Below, piece by piece: positions 55,995-64,000 of a DNA stretch of 64,000 nt. The DNA is from Candidatus Hinthialibacter antarcticus (GTDB taxonomy: Bacteria; Hinthialibacterota; Hinthialibacteria; Hinthialibacterales; Hinthialibacteraceae), in assembly GCA_030765645.1 (NCBI GenBank), contig JAVCCE010000063.1:137626-201625 (forward strand), read 5' to 3'. Made by a program: the position numbers and the translations under genes. The notes under the pieces are model-generated. The model did no database searches. It saw only the letters and a program-made list of their open reading frames with translations, and was not told the origin of the DNA. Numbering within the stretch: position 1 is the first letter of the stretch; each line of letters starts with the position of its first letter.

Positions 55995-57830
55995 TCAATC
56001 AAATCGGTATAACACCGCGTCGCCCTCACGGTGTTCTTCGCGTAAATGAATAAAGCGGAACCGGTCCCAGTCGCTCTTCAAATGTTTCGGCGGGCGGTCG
56101 TAGTGCTTTCCGCCGTCTAAAAACCATTCAACCCCCAATCGCCGTAATTGACTGGCTGCTTCTTCGGGACCGGTTTCCAGCCAGAGATGCAATTGCTCTC
56201 CAAATAATTCGTCGCTGAAATAGATTTTTTGATCGAGGTAATAGGGATATTCACTATTGAATGAATAAATCTTCGCCTCATTGCGCAAGCGGACATCCAT
56301 CCAATCTTTCATGTCGAATAAATGTTGCGGCATGATGTTGCGTTCTGACAGCCATTGGCGCCGGGCAGGCTCGCTCAGCCGGATCTCGCCGCGCCATTTT
56401 AGGTTCGGAGATGAAAAATACGCGCTCTTGTTCATGGCAAATGACGCGACCAGCGCAATCAGAATCGCATTTACCATAAACTCGCGTTGCTTGGCCCGCT
56501 GAGTCAGTCCATGCAAAAAAACAATGATCGCCAAGGCAACGATTGGGTAACTGGCTGAAAATAAGCGTACGACGGCGTGTCCCCACAACAACGGAAAAAA
56601 CAGATAGACGCACAGCGCCGCCAACGCGGGATTGAAGCCGCGCTTGCTTCGTATGAATAGCATAAAGAGGAGCGCGACAACGCCCATGCTAAACAACACA
56701 TCGGTATTAAAAATCGCCCACTGGATGTTGTTCCACACCATTTGCCCCCATTCCATGATGGTGTGCGCTTTGAATGGAGCCAGCCCGTGGACATTGGCGT
56801 AGGTTTCGGCAACGGCTTGATAGTGCGGCTTGGTGTTGAAGACGCCGCTTAACGCGGGGAAAAACGGGTTGCCCGTATAGATGTAGGATTTCACGAGCCA
56901 CGGCGACGCCATCGCCCAGGCGATCAATGAATATATCGTAATGGCTTTCAATCGACTGAGGGTATGGGTGCGCTTTTGCAGCGCCCAGCGCAATATCATA
57001 AAAACAATCTGGGCGCCGAATACAAAAAAGATCGCGGTGAATTTTGTTCCGAGCGCCATCCCGCAAAATAAGGCCGCAAGATAAAACGGCGCCTTGCGTC
57101 CGCTTTCAAAGTGATACAACAGCAACAGCGTTGATAGCAAGAGCGAGAGTTGCAGCGGGCGGTACACGTTGACCATCACAGGTAGTTTGTAATGAACGCA
57201 GGCCAGCAGGACAACGCAGACAGGCAGCATCCATTGTTTGCCCGCGTAGCGCTTGGCGGCGCCCGCCAGCCCAATCAGCAGCGGAACGAAATGGAAGAGC
57301 GTAAAAAATTTGGCTGACGTATCATTGCCCAACATGAGAGTGACGGCGTAGTGCAAATGGGCGTTCATGGGGTAATGCGACGGCAGGTTGAATGGAACCT
57401 CTTGAATTTGCCCGCCGTGGTTGAGATAAAACTGCGGTACGAACAGATGATACCAAAGCGAATCCACTTCCCGTTCCGGCACACAGGCCGCGACCATATA
57501 GGTCAGCAAAAACAGCCCAACCAAGATAGCCGCGACGGGAGAGAGGCGCACAAGGCGAGGAAGCCTCCGTACGGCTGGCTTGAGTTCATTCAATAATGCG
57601 CTTGCTGATATCAATGCGGTTATTGATACAACGGGAAGAATGACGGACGGTTTGAGACAGCCAAGAAGCCCCATAACCAGCAAAAAATATGAAATCACCG
57701 TCTCACCAAGCAAAAACGCGACCGCGAGACGATACGACTTCGGGATAAAAACAGGCAAGCTGCGCAACAATAAGGCGCCGAATGCCCATACCCATATAAA
57801 TTGCAGTAAACCCCATAAAATATTAAACAT
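55995..57830 (-). CDS. Integral membrane GT-C fold glycosyltransferase (ArnT/PMT-like) with C-terminal soluble domain
   Basis: About 12 TM then about 180-aa soluble domain; paralog-like to 23882-25681 and 60117-62141. Confidence 0.6.
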   Translation of the reverse strand: MFNILWGLLQFIWVWAFGALLLRSLPVFIPKSYRLAVAFLLGETVISYFLLVMGLLGCLKPSVILPVVSITALISASALLNELKPAVRRLPRLVRLSPVAAILVGLFLLTYMVAACVPEREVDSLWYHLFVPQFYLNHGGQIQEVPFNLPSHYPMNAHLHYAVTLMLGNDTSAKFFTLFHFVPLLIGLAGAAKRYAGKQWMLPVCVVLLACVHYKLPVMVNVYRPLQLSLLLSTLLLLYHFESGRKAPFYLAALFCGMALGTKFTAIFFVFGAQIVFMILRWALQKRTHTLSRLKAITIYSLIAWAMASPWLVKSYIYTGNPFFPALSGVFNTKPHYQAVAETYANVHGLAPFKAHTIMEWGQMVWNNIQWAIFNTDVLFSMGVVALLFMLFIRSKRGFNPALAALCVYLFFPLLWGHAVVRLFSASYPIVALAIIVFLHGLTQRAKQREFMVNAILIALVASFAMNKSAYFSSPNLKWRGEIRLSEPARRQWLSERNIMPQHLFDMKDWMDVRLRNEAKIYSFNSEYPYYLDQKIYFSDELFGEQLHLWLETGPEEAASQLRRLGVEWFLDGGKHYDRPPKHLKSDWDRFRFIHLREEHREGDAVLYRFD

Positions 57831-57988
57831 ATATCCTGTTTCTTATGATTCACGTTAATTAAAAAAGGCCATTATAGTGTGAATTATGCGTTTTTATAAA
57901 ATACATGTACAATATATTACATCAAAGACTTTTCTTTAGATATTTTTGCTAGTTGCCGATATTTTGTAGGTACTAGGTACAAAGAGGC

Positions 57989-58531
57989 TTGGTGATGGAA
58001 GAATTACATATCGGTGCGCATTTCATTGAGTCAGCGCGGACGTCCTTCGAGAAGATGAAGACGTTGGCGGAAAAAGCGATTGACCAACTCTCCGATGAGG
58101 AGTTGTTGTGGATGCCTGACTCTGAAACCAATAGCATTGCAGTCATCGTTCAACATCTGCGCGGCAATATGCTCTCACGCTGGACGGATTTTTTGACCTC
58201 GGACGGCGAAAAAGAGGGCCGCGACCGTGACCGCGAATTTATGCCTGTCGAGTCGATTGACCGCTATGTGCTTCTTCAGCAATGGGAAGAAGGCTGGGCC
58301 TGTGTGTTTCATGCCTTGCAGAGCATCCCACCAGACGAAGTGCTGAACCACGTCGCCATTCGCGGCGAACAGCTTACCGTAATCGAAGCCATTCACCGCC
58401 AGATTTCACACTATGGCTACCACGTTGGTCAGATTGTCCAGATTGCGAAATTACGCAAAGGCGCTTGGTGGAAATGCCTGTCGATTCCTAAAGAACAATC
58501 GAAAACGTTCATCCCGCCCGTCAAGAATTAA
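57989..58531 (+). CDS. DUF1572/DinB_2-superfamily protein
   Basis: 180 aa four-helix DinB-like; LLWMPDSETNSIAVIVQHLRGNMLSRW. Confidence 0.65.
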   Translation: MVMEELHIGAHFIESARTSFEKMKTLAEKAIDQLSDEELLWMPDSETNSIAVIVQHLRGNMLSRWTDFLTSDGEKEGRDRDREFMPVESIDRYVLLQQWEEGWACVFHALQSIPPDEVLNHVAIRGEQLTVIEAIHRQISHYGYHVGQIVQIAKLRKGAWWKCLSIPKEQSKTFIPPVKN

Positions 58532-58591
58532 TTTTGGTTCTTCCGTAAATTGGATACTTTTTCACAAATTGAATTGAGATTTCTAGAAGCT

Positions 58592-58798
58592 ATCTCATAA
58601 AAACTTGATCTTTCGTTGCGCGTGGCATGGGTACAACTCCGCTCGCTTCAGTGCGGGCTTTCAGGCCCTTATGCACAGGCGCTTACAGAGTTGCACCCAT
58701 GCCTGAATTGACTTGTCAATTTTTGATAGGTCGGAATACGTTTCCGTAATCAAAATTCAGGCATCTATCAGTCCAGGTACTCACTTACCGGAAGAACC
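58592..58798 (+). ncRNA. Structured intergenic element, copy B (about 207 nt), candidate small RNA
   Basis: Collinear with copy A over full length including flanks ATCTCATAAAAACTTGATCTTTCGTTGCG and CGGAATACGTTTCCG; same nested stems. Confidence 0.45.
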
Positions 58799-58804
58799 TT
58801 AATT

Positions 58805-60091
58805 TTAATTTTCAACCCGTTTGATTTTAGCGCCGAGTGAGGTTAAGCGTTCGTCGAGGCGTTCATAGCCCCGGTCGATTTGTTCGATATTTTGGATCTC
58901 GCTGGTTCCCTCTGCGCACAACGCCGCCATCAGCAGCGCCATCCCGGCGCGAATATCGGGGCTGCTCATGTTTTGCCCGCGCAATGGGGTCGGCCCGACC
59001 ACGACGGCGCGGTGAGGATCGCAAAGAATGATGTTGGCGCCCATCGCGATCAAACGGTCGGTAAAGAACAGGCGACTCTCGAACATTTTCTCAAAGATCA
59101 TCACCGTCCCTTTGGTTTGGGTGGAGATAATCACCGCGATGCTCATCATGTCAGCGGGGAAGGCAGGCCAGGGGCCGTCGTCGATTTTAATGAGTGAAGT
59201 GTGGATGTCCGGCTTGATCTCCATCGGCTGGTCTTTGGGGACGAAAATATCCTTGCCGCGAATTTCGACTTCAATGCCGAGATTGCTGAATTGATGCAGC
59301 GCCATGCGTAAGTATTCCGGCGCCGCGTTTTTGATGAGAATCTCTCCACCAGTGACTGCGGCGAGTCCGATAAAACTTCCGACTTCAAGATAGTCCGCTG
59401 CGATCGTGTGTTCGCCGCCGCCGAGTTCTTCGACGCCTTCGATGGTCAACACGTTAGAACCGACGCCGCTGATTTTTGCGCCGAGGTTGTTAAGGAACGC
59501 GCACAGTTGTTGGACGTGCGGTTCTGACGCGGCGTTGCGAAGGACGGTCACGCCGCGCGCGAGTGAGGCGGCCATCACTAAATTTTCCGTAGCGGTGACG
59601 CTGGCTTCATCGAGAAGGATGTCAGTCCCGCGCAAACGGTCTGTGCACCACACATGATAGGTTTCGCTGTCGTAGTCTACTTGCGCGCCCATGGCGTGAA
59701 GGCCTTGCAAGTGGGTGTCGATGCGTCGCCGTCCGATGCGGTCTCCGCCGGGGAAGGGCAAGCGGACCCGTCCGCAGCGCGAGAGGATCGGCGCGAGCAG
59801 CAAAATTGAGCCCCGGATTTTCCGGCAGAGATCAATCGGCAGTTCGGTGCGTTCGATGATGGAGGCGTCGATGGTCGCCTGGTGCGGTGCGGTGCGGTCT
59901 GTTGTTGCGCCGGAGAGACGAAGCAATTCAAACAACGATTCTACGTCGCCGATGCCAGGCACATTTTGAAACGTAACCGGTTGGCGCGTCAGTAGCGACG
60001 CCGCGAGCACGGGCAGCGCTTCGTTTTTGTTTCCTGCGGGTTCAATGGTTCCTTGCAGCGCAACGCCGCCTTCAACAACAAATTTCGCCAT
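58805..60091 (-). CDS. murA: UDP-N-acetylglucosamine 1-carboxyvinyltransferase MurA
   Basis: 428 aa, KNEALP, catalytic Cys region, two-domain EPT fold. Confidence 0.95.
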   Translation of the reverse strand: MAKFVVEGGVALQGTIEPAGNKNEALPVLAASLLTRQPVTFQNVPGIGDVESLFELLRLSGATTDRTAPHQATIDASIIERTELPIDLCRKIRGSILLLAPILSRCGRVRLPFPGGDRIGRRRIDTHLQGLHAMGAQVDYDSETYHVWCTDRLRGTDILLDEASVTATENLVMAASLARGVTVLRNAASEPHVQQLCAFLNNLGAKISGVGSNVLTIEGVEELGGGEHTIAADYLEVGSFIGLAAVTGGEILIKNAAPEYLRMALHQFSNLGIEVEIRGKDIFVPKDQPMEIKPDIHTSLIKIDDGPWPAFPADMMSIAVIISTQTKGTVMIFEKMFESRLFFTDRLIAMGANIILCDPHRAVVVGPTPLRGQNMSSPDIRAGMALLMAALCAEGTSEIQNIEQIDRGYERLDERLTSLGAKIKRVEN

Positions 60092-60116
60092 GAGTCATCT
60101 TTCGTTTGGTTGCGTT

Positions 60117-62141
60117 CTATGGATGATACGGTTCAATCAAGGTGATGGTCTCGTCATCCGGCGCATCTTCGCTCAAGTATAACCGATAGACCGGCCATCC
60201 CGGATACTGTTCGATCAAGGCGCGGTTTCTTTCATCGCCTAAATCCAATGCGACGATCCAACCGGATTTTAGCCAAGGATCAAGCAATGTGAACACCGCA
60301 TAATAATCGTAATCGTACTCAACGAAAATAACCGCGTTCTCATCTTGTAATTCATTTTTTACTTGCGCGTAAACTTCGTCGCGTACGCCCCAGTATTCAT
60401 CACCGACGTCACGCAGCCGTTCCGGCCATGCCGTCGCCAACGCCCAGATGAACCAAAACGCTAGAAGAGCAATCACAACGCCTTGTACTGCCTGTTTTGA
60501 TTTTTGGAACCACTCAGGCAGCGCTCCGCATAGTTCCGAAATGCCGCGCGCTGTGAGTATGAACCAGAATGGGGAGGTTTCATATAAAAACCGTGGACCA
60601 AAACAAAAATCTTGATAAAAGTAAAACGCATACGCGACCGATTGCGACAGCGCCGCCGCCAAAACGAGCCAGTCGAGATTGTTTCGTTTGAATCCAGGCA
60701 GAAACAAAGCCGCCGCGAAAACGAGGCAGGGCGCGGGCCAACCAAACAGCCAATAATTCAGCCCGTTCAAATTGCGCATCGAATTCGAGAAGCCGCGCAA
60801 CGGCGTATGGTGGACGGTATTCTTGCGGTTCGGCATGATTTCGCCTGAAATCCAGGCAACATCGCCAAAGCCCAGTGGGATGCCGTTGTATTGTTTTTGA
60901 TAGGGACTGATCCAAGGCGAACCGGTTGTTTTTGCGTTGTATGTGAATTGAAACAACACGGGCGGTAATACGCCGAGCAGGAAGACCGCCGTCCATGCGG
61001 TGCGTTTCATCAGATTGCGTTTTTCATGAAACAGCCACCACAAACCGCCCAGTATGCCAAACGCGAAGCTGGTCAACGGCCGGGTTTGGTAGGCGTATCC
61101 CAAGCCGAACCCGGCGACGGCTCCCCAAAAATAAAAATGTTTTTTTGATTTCGCGCTCAAAGAATTAAGCAGGCCCCAGAAAAAAATCAAAATAAAAAGC
61201 AAGCAAGTTGGATGGTTCATGTAGCCGGCGGCCATGATGAGCGTGAACGGCGACGCTGCGTACAACGCGACCGCAAGCCGCGCTTGCGGCGCACTGGTGA
61301 TTCGTTGTGCAAGAAAAAAAAGCGGCAGGACCGCTAACGCAACGATCAACGGATTTACTAAGTTTGAAAATCCAACCGCGACGCCGATCGCTAACAGTAG
61401 CGTGAAGCCCGGTGGATAGATCGAGTACCATCGTCCTTGGTCGGTAAGAATATACAAGCGTTGAAAAAAAACCAGCGTCTCTGGGGTTGGCGCCGTAAAG
61501 GCCCCGCGCGCAAAGATTTTTGCTTGGAAGAATTGCGATACGCTGTCATGCACATGGGGAATGCCGCCGAGCAAAACATGGTTCAGCGTTACGCCAATCA
61601 CAAAAACAAAAAGAAAAACCACTGCAAGATATACAATGTCCGCCTTGTGGGTTTTTGGTTGGACTGCAAAAGCGAATATGCGTTTGAACCCTGCTGCAAT
61701 TGCTTCAAATGCTTGTTCCCTGTATGAGAGCGCCCACAGCGAGATTGAAAAAAACAACCCAAGCGAAAGCGTCCAGGCCGTGCATAGCCACATCCAGTTT
61801 TCATACATCAGGCGTTCCCAAACAATCAAACTGCAAAAGGGAAACATGCTTGCGATCAAGCAAGCGAATGGGAGCAACGCAAGCAACGCGGTTGAAGAAA
61901 ACTTTGTGCGCGCGCGAAAATGTCTAAAGAGATCAGCTATGATGACGATCAATGTGAGGAGGAATATGCCGCTGACTAACTGCGCTTGAAACAAACGCAC
62001 CCAACGCAAAAAATGAAAACGGCGTAAGAGCGATGGATCGGCGTTGGAGCAACAAAATAAAAATCCTAACGCGATCAATAACGCGCTGAAAAAGAAAATG
62101 GCTTGTTGAGGGGTCGCAGATTTTTTTTTAAGTTGACGCAT
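60117..62141 (-). CDS. Integral membrane GT-C fold glycosyltransferase (ArnT/PMT-like), 674 aa
   Basis: About 14 TM; third paralog-like copy in window. Confidence 0.6.
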   Translation of the reverse strand: MRQLKKKSATPQQAIFFFSALLIALGFLFCCSNADPSLLRRFHFLRWVRLFQAQLVSGIFLLTLIVIIADLFRHFRARTKFSSTALLALLPFACLIASMFPFCSLIVWERLMYENWMWLCTAWTLSLGLFFSISLWALSYREQAFEAIAAGFKRIFAFAVQPKTHKADIVYLAVVFLFVFVIGVTLNHVLLGGIPHVHDSVSQFFQAKIFARGAFTAPTPETLVFFQRLYILTDQGRWYSIYPPGFTLLLAIGVAVGFSNLVNPLIVALAVLPLFFLAQRITSAPQARLAVALYAASPFTLIMAAGYMNHPTCLLFILIFFWGLLNSLSAKSKKHFYFWGAVAGFGLGYAYQTRPLTSFAFGILGGLWWLFHEKRNLMKRTAWTAVFLLGVLPPVLFQFTYNAKTTGSPWISPYQKQYNGIPLGFGDVAWISGEIMPNRKNTVHHTPLRGFSNSMRNLNGLNYWLFGWPAPCLVFAAALFLPGFKRNNLDWLVLAAALSQSVAYAFYFYQDFCFGPRFLYETSPFWFILTARGISELCGALPEWFQKSKQAVQGVVIALLAFWFIWALATAWPERLRDVGDEYWGVRDEVYAQVKNELQDENAVIFVEYDYDYYAVFTLLDPWLKSGWIVALDLGDERNRALIEQYPGWPVYRLYLSEDAPDDETITLIEPYHP

Positions 62142-62268
62142 TTTTTTGTTTTTCTTTTTGGCGTATTCATGTAGTATGAAGCATATTCTGGTTCACTTTG
62201 CAATGAAATGTGTGGGATGGAAATAGAACAGCGGTTATAAATTCTTTCGATAAACATGAAGTTTTTTC

Positions 62269-62298
62269 TTGACAACATGATATTTATGGTAATATAAC
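62269..62298 (+). promoter_or_regulatory. Sigma70-like promoter (TTGACA ... TAATAT/TATAAC) for histone-like gene
   Basis: Read directly; spacer 15-18 nt depending on -10 choice. Confidence 0.35.
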
Positions 62299-62372
62299 AT
62301 TAGGGAATACAAAAATTTCCAATCCGTTCCAATCAAAAAGAGATAGGGACGAAGAAACGAGGTGGGAATAGG

Positions 62373-62756
62373 ATGGTCAGAAAAACTTCGAGCGCCAAGA
62401 AGAAGACCACGGCCAAAAAGAAAACCGCAGCGAAGAAAACCGTGAAAAAGGCCGCGCCAAAAAGAGCGGCAGTGAAGAAGACCACGGCGAAGAAAAAAAC
62501 CGCTGCAAAGAAAACGACAGCGAAGAAGAAAACCGCTGCCAAGAAAACCACGGCCAAAAAGAAAACCGCAGCCAAGAAAAAAACGACCGCGAAAAAGAAA
62601 ACGGCAGCCAAGAAAACCACGGCCAAGAAAAAAACTGCGGTCAAAAAGAAAACGGTTGCGAAAAAGAAAACCGTAGCCAAGAAAAAACCGGCAGCCAAAA
62701 AAACTGTAGCGAAGAAGAAAACGGCCGCCAAGAAAAAAGTCACAAAGAAGAAATAA
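62373..62756 (+). CDS. Histone H1-like (Hc1/AlgP-like) Lys/Ala-repeat nucleoid protein
   Basis: 127 aa, about 8 tandem AKKKTAAKKTT units (33-nt DNA periodicity); RBS GAGGTG; plus strand chosen over antisense Phe/Val-rich ORFs. Confidence 0.75.
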   Translation: MVRKTSSAKKKTTAKKKTAAKKTVKKAAPKRAAVKKTTAKKKTAAKKTTAKKKTAAKKTTAKKKTAAKKKTTAKKKTAAKKTTAKKKTAVKKKTVAKKKTVAKKKPAAKKTVAKKKTAAKKKVTKKK

Positions 62757-62786
62757 TTGTTGTTCCGTTTGTAACACCATTTCATC

Positions 62787-62813
62787 CTGCTGGAAAATCG
62801 GCAGGTTTGATTG
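62787..62813 (+). terminator. Terminator-like hairpin after histone-like gene
   Basis: CCTGCTGgaaaatCGGCAGGTTTGATT. Confidence 0.4.
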
Positions 62814-63103
62814 GGTGACTACCGAACGGAAAAAAAACTGGTTATTATATGCTCGGCCTTGTCGGCTTTGACGGCAAAGGCCGGGTGTCTCTCTTTTCTC
62901 GGCGGAACATGATCGCCGGAAAACGCCATTGTCATGGACTTGGCGATATTTTTTGGGTTGACGGACCGCTCAAGCGGGGGCTTGGGTGCGTTTTTCCTTT
63001 CCCGGTTGTCAATAGCTGTGCTATGATGTGGGGTGTAATGTTATCTCCATGTCGTGGTGGTGCGCTATTTTTGACTTCAACCTAAAATTTACGCTGAGGA
63101 CTG

Positions 63104-63589
63104 ATGATGAAAGACAGTAATGTTCGACCTATAAAGTCTGCTTTTCAGTCCGGCGAGGTGATAGAACTCATCCGCCGTTTGGATGACATCAAAATTGACC
63201 CCGTCCGTCTCCATTACTATGAGAAAACGGGGCTGATTCGCGCTAGCATCCGTCCGGCGCAAGGCTGCGGAAAGCACAAACTCTATTCCTTCGCCGACCT
63301 GGTTATGCTGCGCTGGTTTCTTCAGCTGCGCAAGCAAGGCTTGAGTATGCAGAAAGTGCGCCGGGGCATTTCCTATCTACGGCGCAATATGCCCAAATTC
63401 ATCGAAAAGCCGTTAGAGCATGAATTGTTCTTCGTCACCGACGGGCAAGACATGTTTGCATTAGTCAACGGCGGCGAAGAAGCCATTTCGCTGGTTAGCA
63501 CCCCAGGGCAGAAGTTCTTCGGCGTGATGGTGTATGACTTTAGGAAGATGATTGACGATACCCGCGAAGCGGTCGCCAAGGCGGCGTAA
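63104..63589 (+). CDS. MerR-family transcriptional regulator
   Basis: HTH LHYYEKTGLI typical of MerR N-terminal domain; 161 aa. Confidence 0.6.
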   Translation: MMKDSNVRPIKSAFQSGEVIELIRRLDDIKIDPVRLHYYEKTGLIRASIRPAQGCGKHKLYSFADLVMLRWFLQLRKQGLSMQKVRRGISYLRRNMPKFIEKPLEHELFFVTDGQDMFALVNGGEEAISLVSTPGQKFFGVMVYDFRKMIDDTREAVAKAA

Positions 63590-63594
63590 GGCGG

Positions 63595-64000
63595 TCAGTC
63601 GTTATAGAACGATAGGCTCGCAAAGGTTACGACTGATTCGGTATCCTGTTCGATGGCGCGGTCGTAGTTCAAAAGGCGCCCTTGTTTCGGGCGGGTGATA
63701 TCCAACAACATATATATCGGAGAAAGGCCGCACACATTGTTGCGGTCTTTTTTTATGGCGATGCTCTGGTAAAACGCTTCTGCGTCGCATTCAACCATCG
63801 CGTCGAGTAGTTCTTTGTCTTCCCGTTCCACCCGCGCTAATTCTTTCTCAGAAATTCCCTCCACATGGCCGAAGCGTTTACCAACGTGGCTCAGGTCGGC
63901 CCCGGCGATCACGCAGACCGGCCCCGGATAGTTCTCGATCATGTCCCGCAACACGTCGAGCGCCCCGGCAAAGCGCACGTCCTCGCGCGGCGAAACGCCG
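63595..64000 (-). CDS. MEMO1/AmmeMemoRadiSam system protein B family (C-terminal part; gene runs off window)
   Basis: C-terminal CGLSPI (CGxxPI) motif and DLSHVG; N-terminus beyond position 64000. Confidence 0.6.
   Translation of the reverse strand, partial: GVSPREDVRFAGALDVLRDMIENYPGPVCVIAGADLSHVGKRFGHVEGISEKELARVEREDKELLDAMVECDAEAFYQSIAIKKDRNNVCGLSPIYMLLDITRPKQGRLLNYDRAIEQDTESVVTFASLSFYND

Noticed and set aside
62400-62740. 33-nt periodic direct repeats that could suggest a CRISPR array or tandem non-coding repeat
   Set aside because: The periodicity is continuous, with no unique spacers, and stays in frame inside a coding sequence. It encodes the AKKKTAAKKTT units of the histone-like protein.
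62235-62785. Two long minus-strand ORFs (181 aa and 150 aa, Phe/Val/Ala/Leu-rich) antisense to the histone-like gene
   Set aside because: They are artefacts of the AAG/AAA/GCC repeat read in reverse (TTT/CTT/GGC). The plus-strand frame has a promoter and RBS and gives a coherent H1-like protein.
1-64000. Search for tRNA, rRNA and CRISPR arrays
   Set aside because: No TpsiC-arm consensus (GGTTCGANTCC or reverse complement) occurs outside coding sequence, there are no rRNA-like stretches, and no spacer-repeat arrays were seen.

Overview
This gene-dense 64 kb bacterial chromosomal window (about 50 % GC) holds roughly 60 protein genes and has no rRNA, tRNA or CRISPR. Several traits suggest a PVC-superphylum-like organism. 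These are a Lys/Ala-repeat histone H1-like protein, an unlinked GspG-like pilin with a long C-terminal extension, a Gfo/Idh/MocA + PmoA/DUF6807-like pair and several GT-C glycosyltransferases. This phylum guess is weak. Contents from left to right are as follows. (1) A CheY-like response regulator, a Tat-signal Gfo/Idh/MocA oxidoreductase with a secreted partner, and an oxyR-katG module. The module has a textbook OxyR operator and a signal-peptide-bearing (probably periplasmic) catalase-peroxidase. (2) One long minus-strand flagellar operon: flgN-like, fleS-like histidine kinase, fleR-like sigma54 activator, a 1247-aa membrane-anchored TPR protein, flgB, flgC, two tandem fliE-like genes, a split mini-FliF paralog, fliF, fliG, fliH, fliI and a fliJ fused to a TM segment plus MotE/MgtE_N-like domain. 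Many of these genes are translationally coupled by ATGA overlaps. (3) A glycan-related block with an ArnT/PMT-like GT-C membrane glycosyltransferase, nagB, a GlmU-like LbH nucleotidyltransferase, a LysM-M23 peptidase and a PilZ protein. (4) A type II secretion cluster in the order gspE-F-H-I-J-K-L-M-(C-like)-D. It ends in a co-transcribed 612-aa protein of unknown function, and the gspG-like pseudopilin sits unlinked 4 kb away. (5) An FmdB zinc ribbon, a TPR protein, a DUF423 protein, an NRAMP-fold transporter whose DPGN and MPH metal-site motifs are both replaced, a [2Fe-2S] thioredoxin-like ferredoxin, a DASS transporter and a cNMP-binding histidine kinase with a receiver-only regulator. Further right are a DUF882 protein, holB, an NHS-type MFS transporter, two more GT-C glycosyltransferases, a DUF1572/DinB-like protein, murA, the histone-like gene, a MerR regulator and a partial MEMO1-family gene. 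The most unusual non-coding signal is a structured intergenic element of about 208 nt. It occurs in two full copies of about 80 % identity (44315-44522 and 58592-58798) and one partial inverted copy (23781-23851). A nested G/C-rich palindromic REP-like element occurs twice intact and once degenerate. All calls rest on reading the six-frame translations and the raw sequence by eye; no database search was possible.
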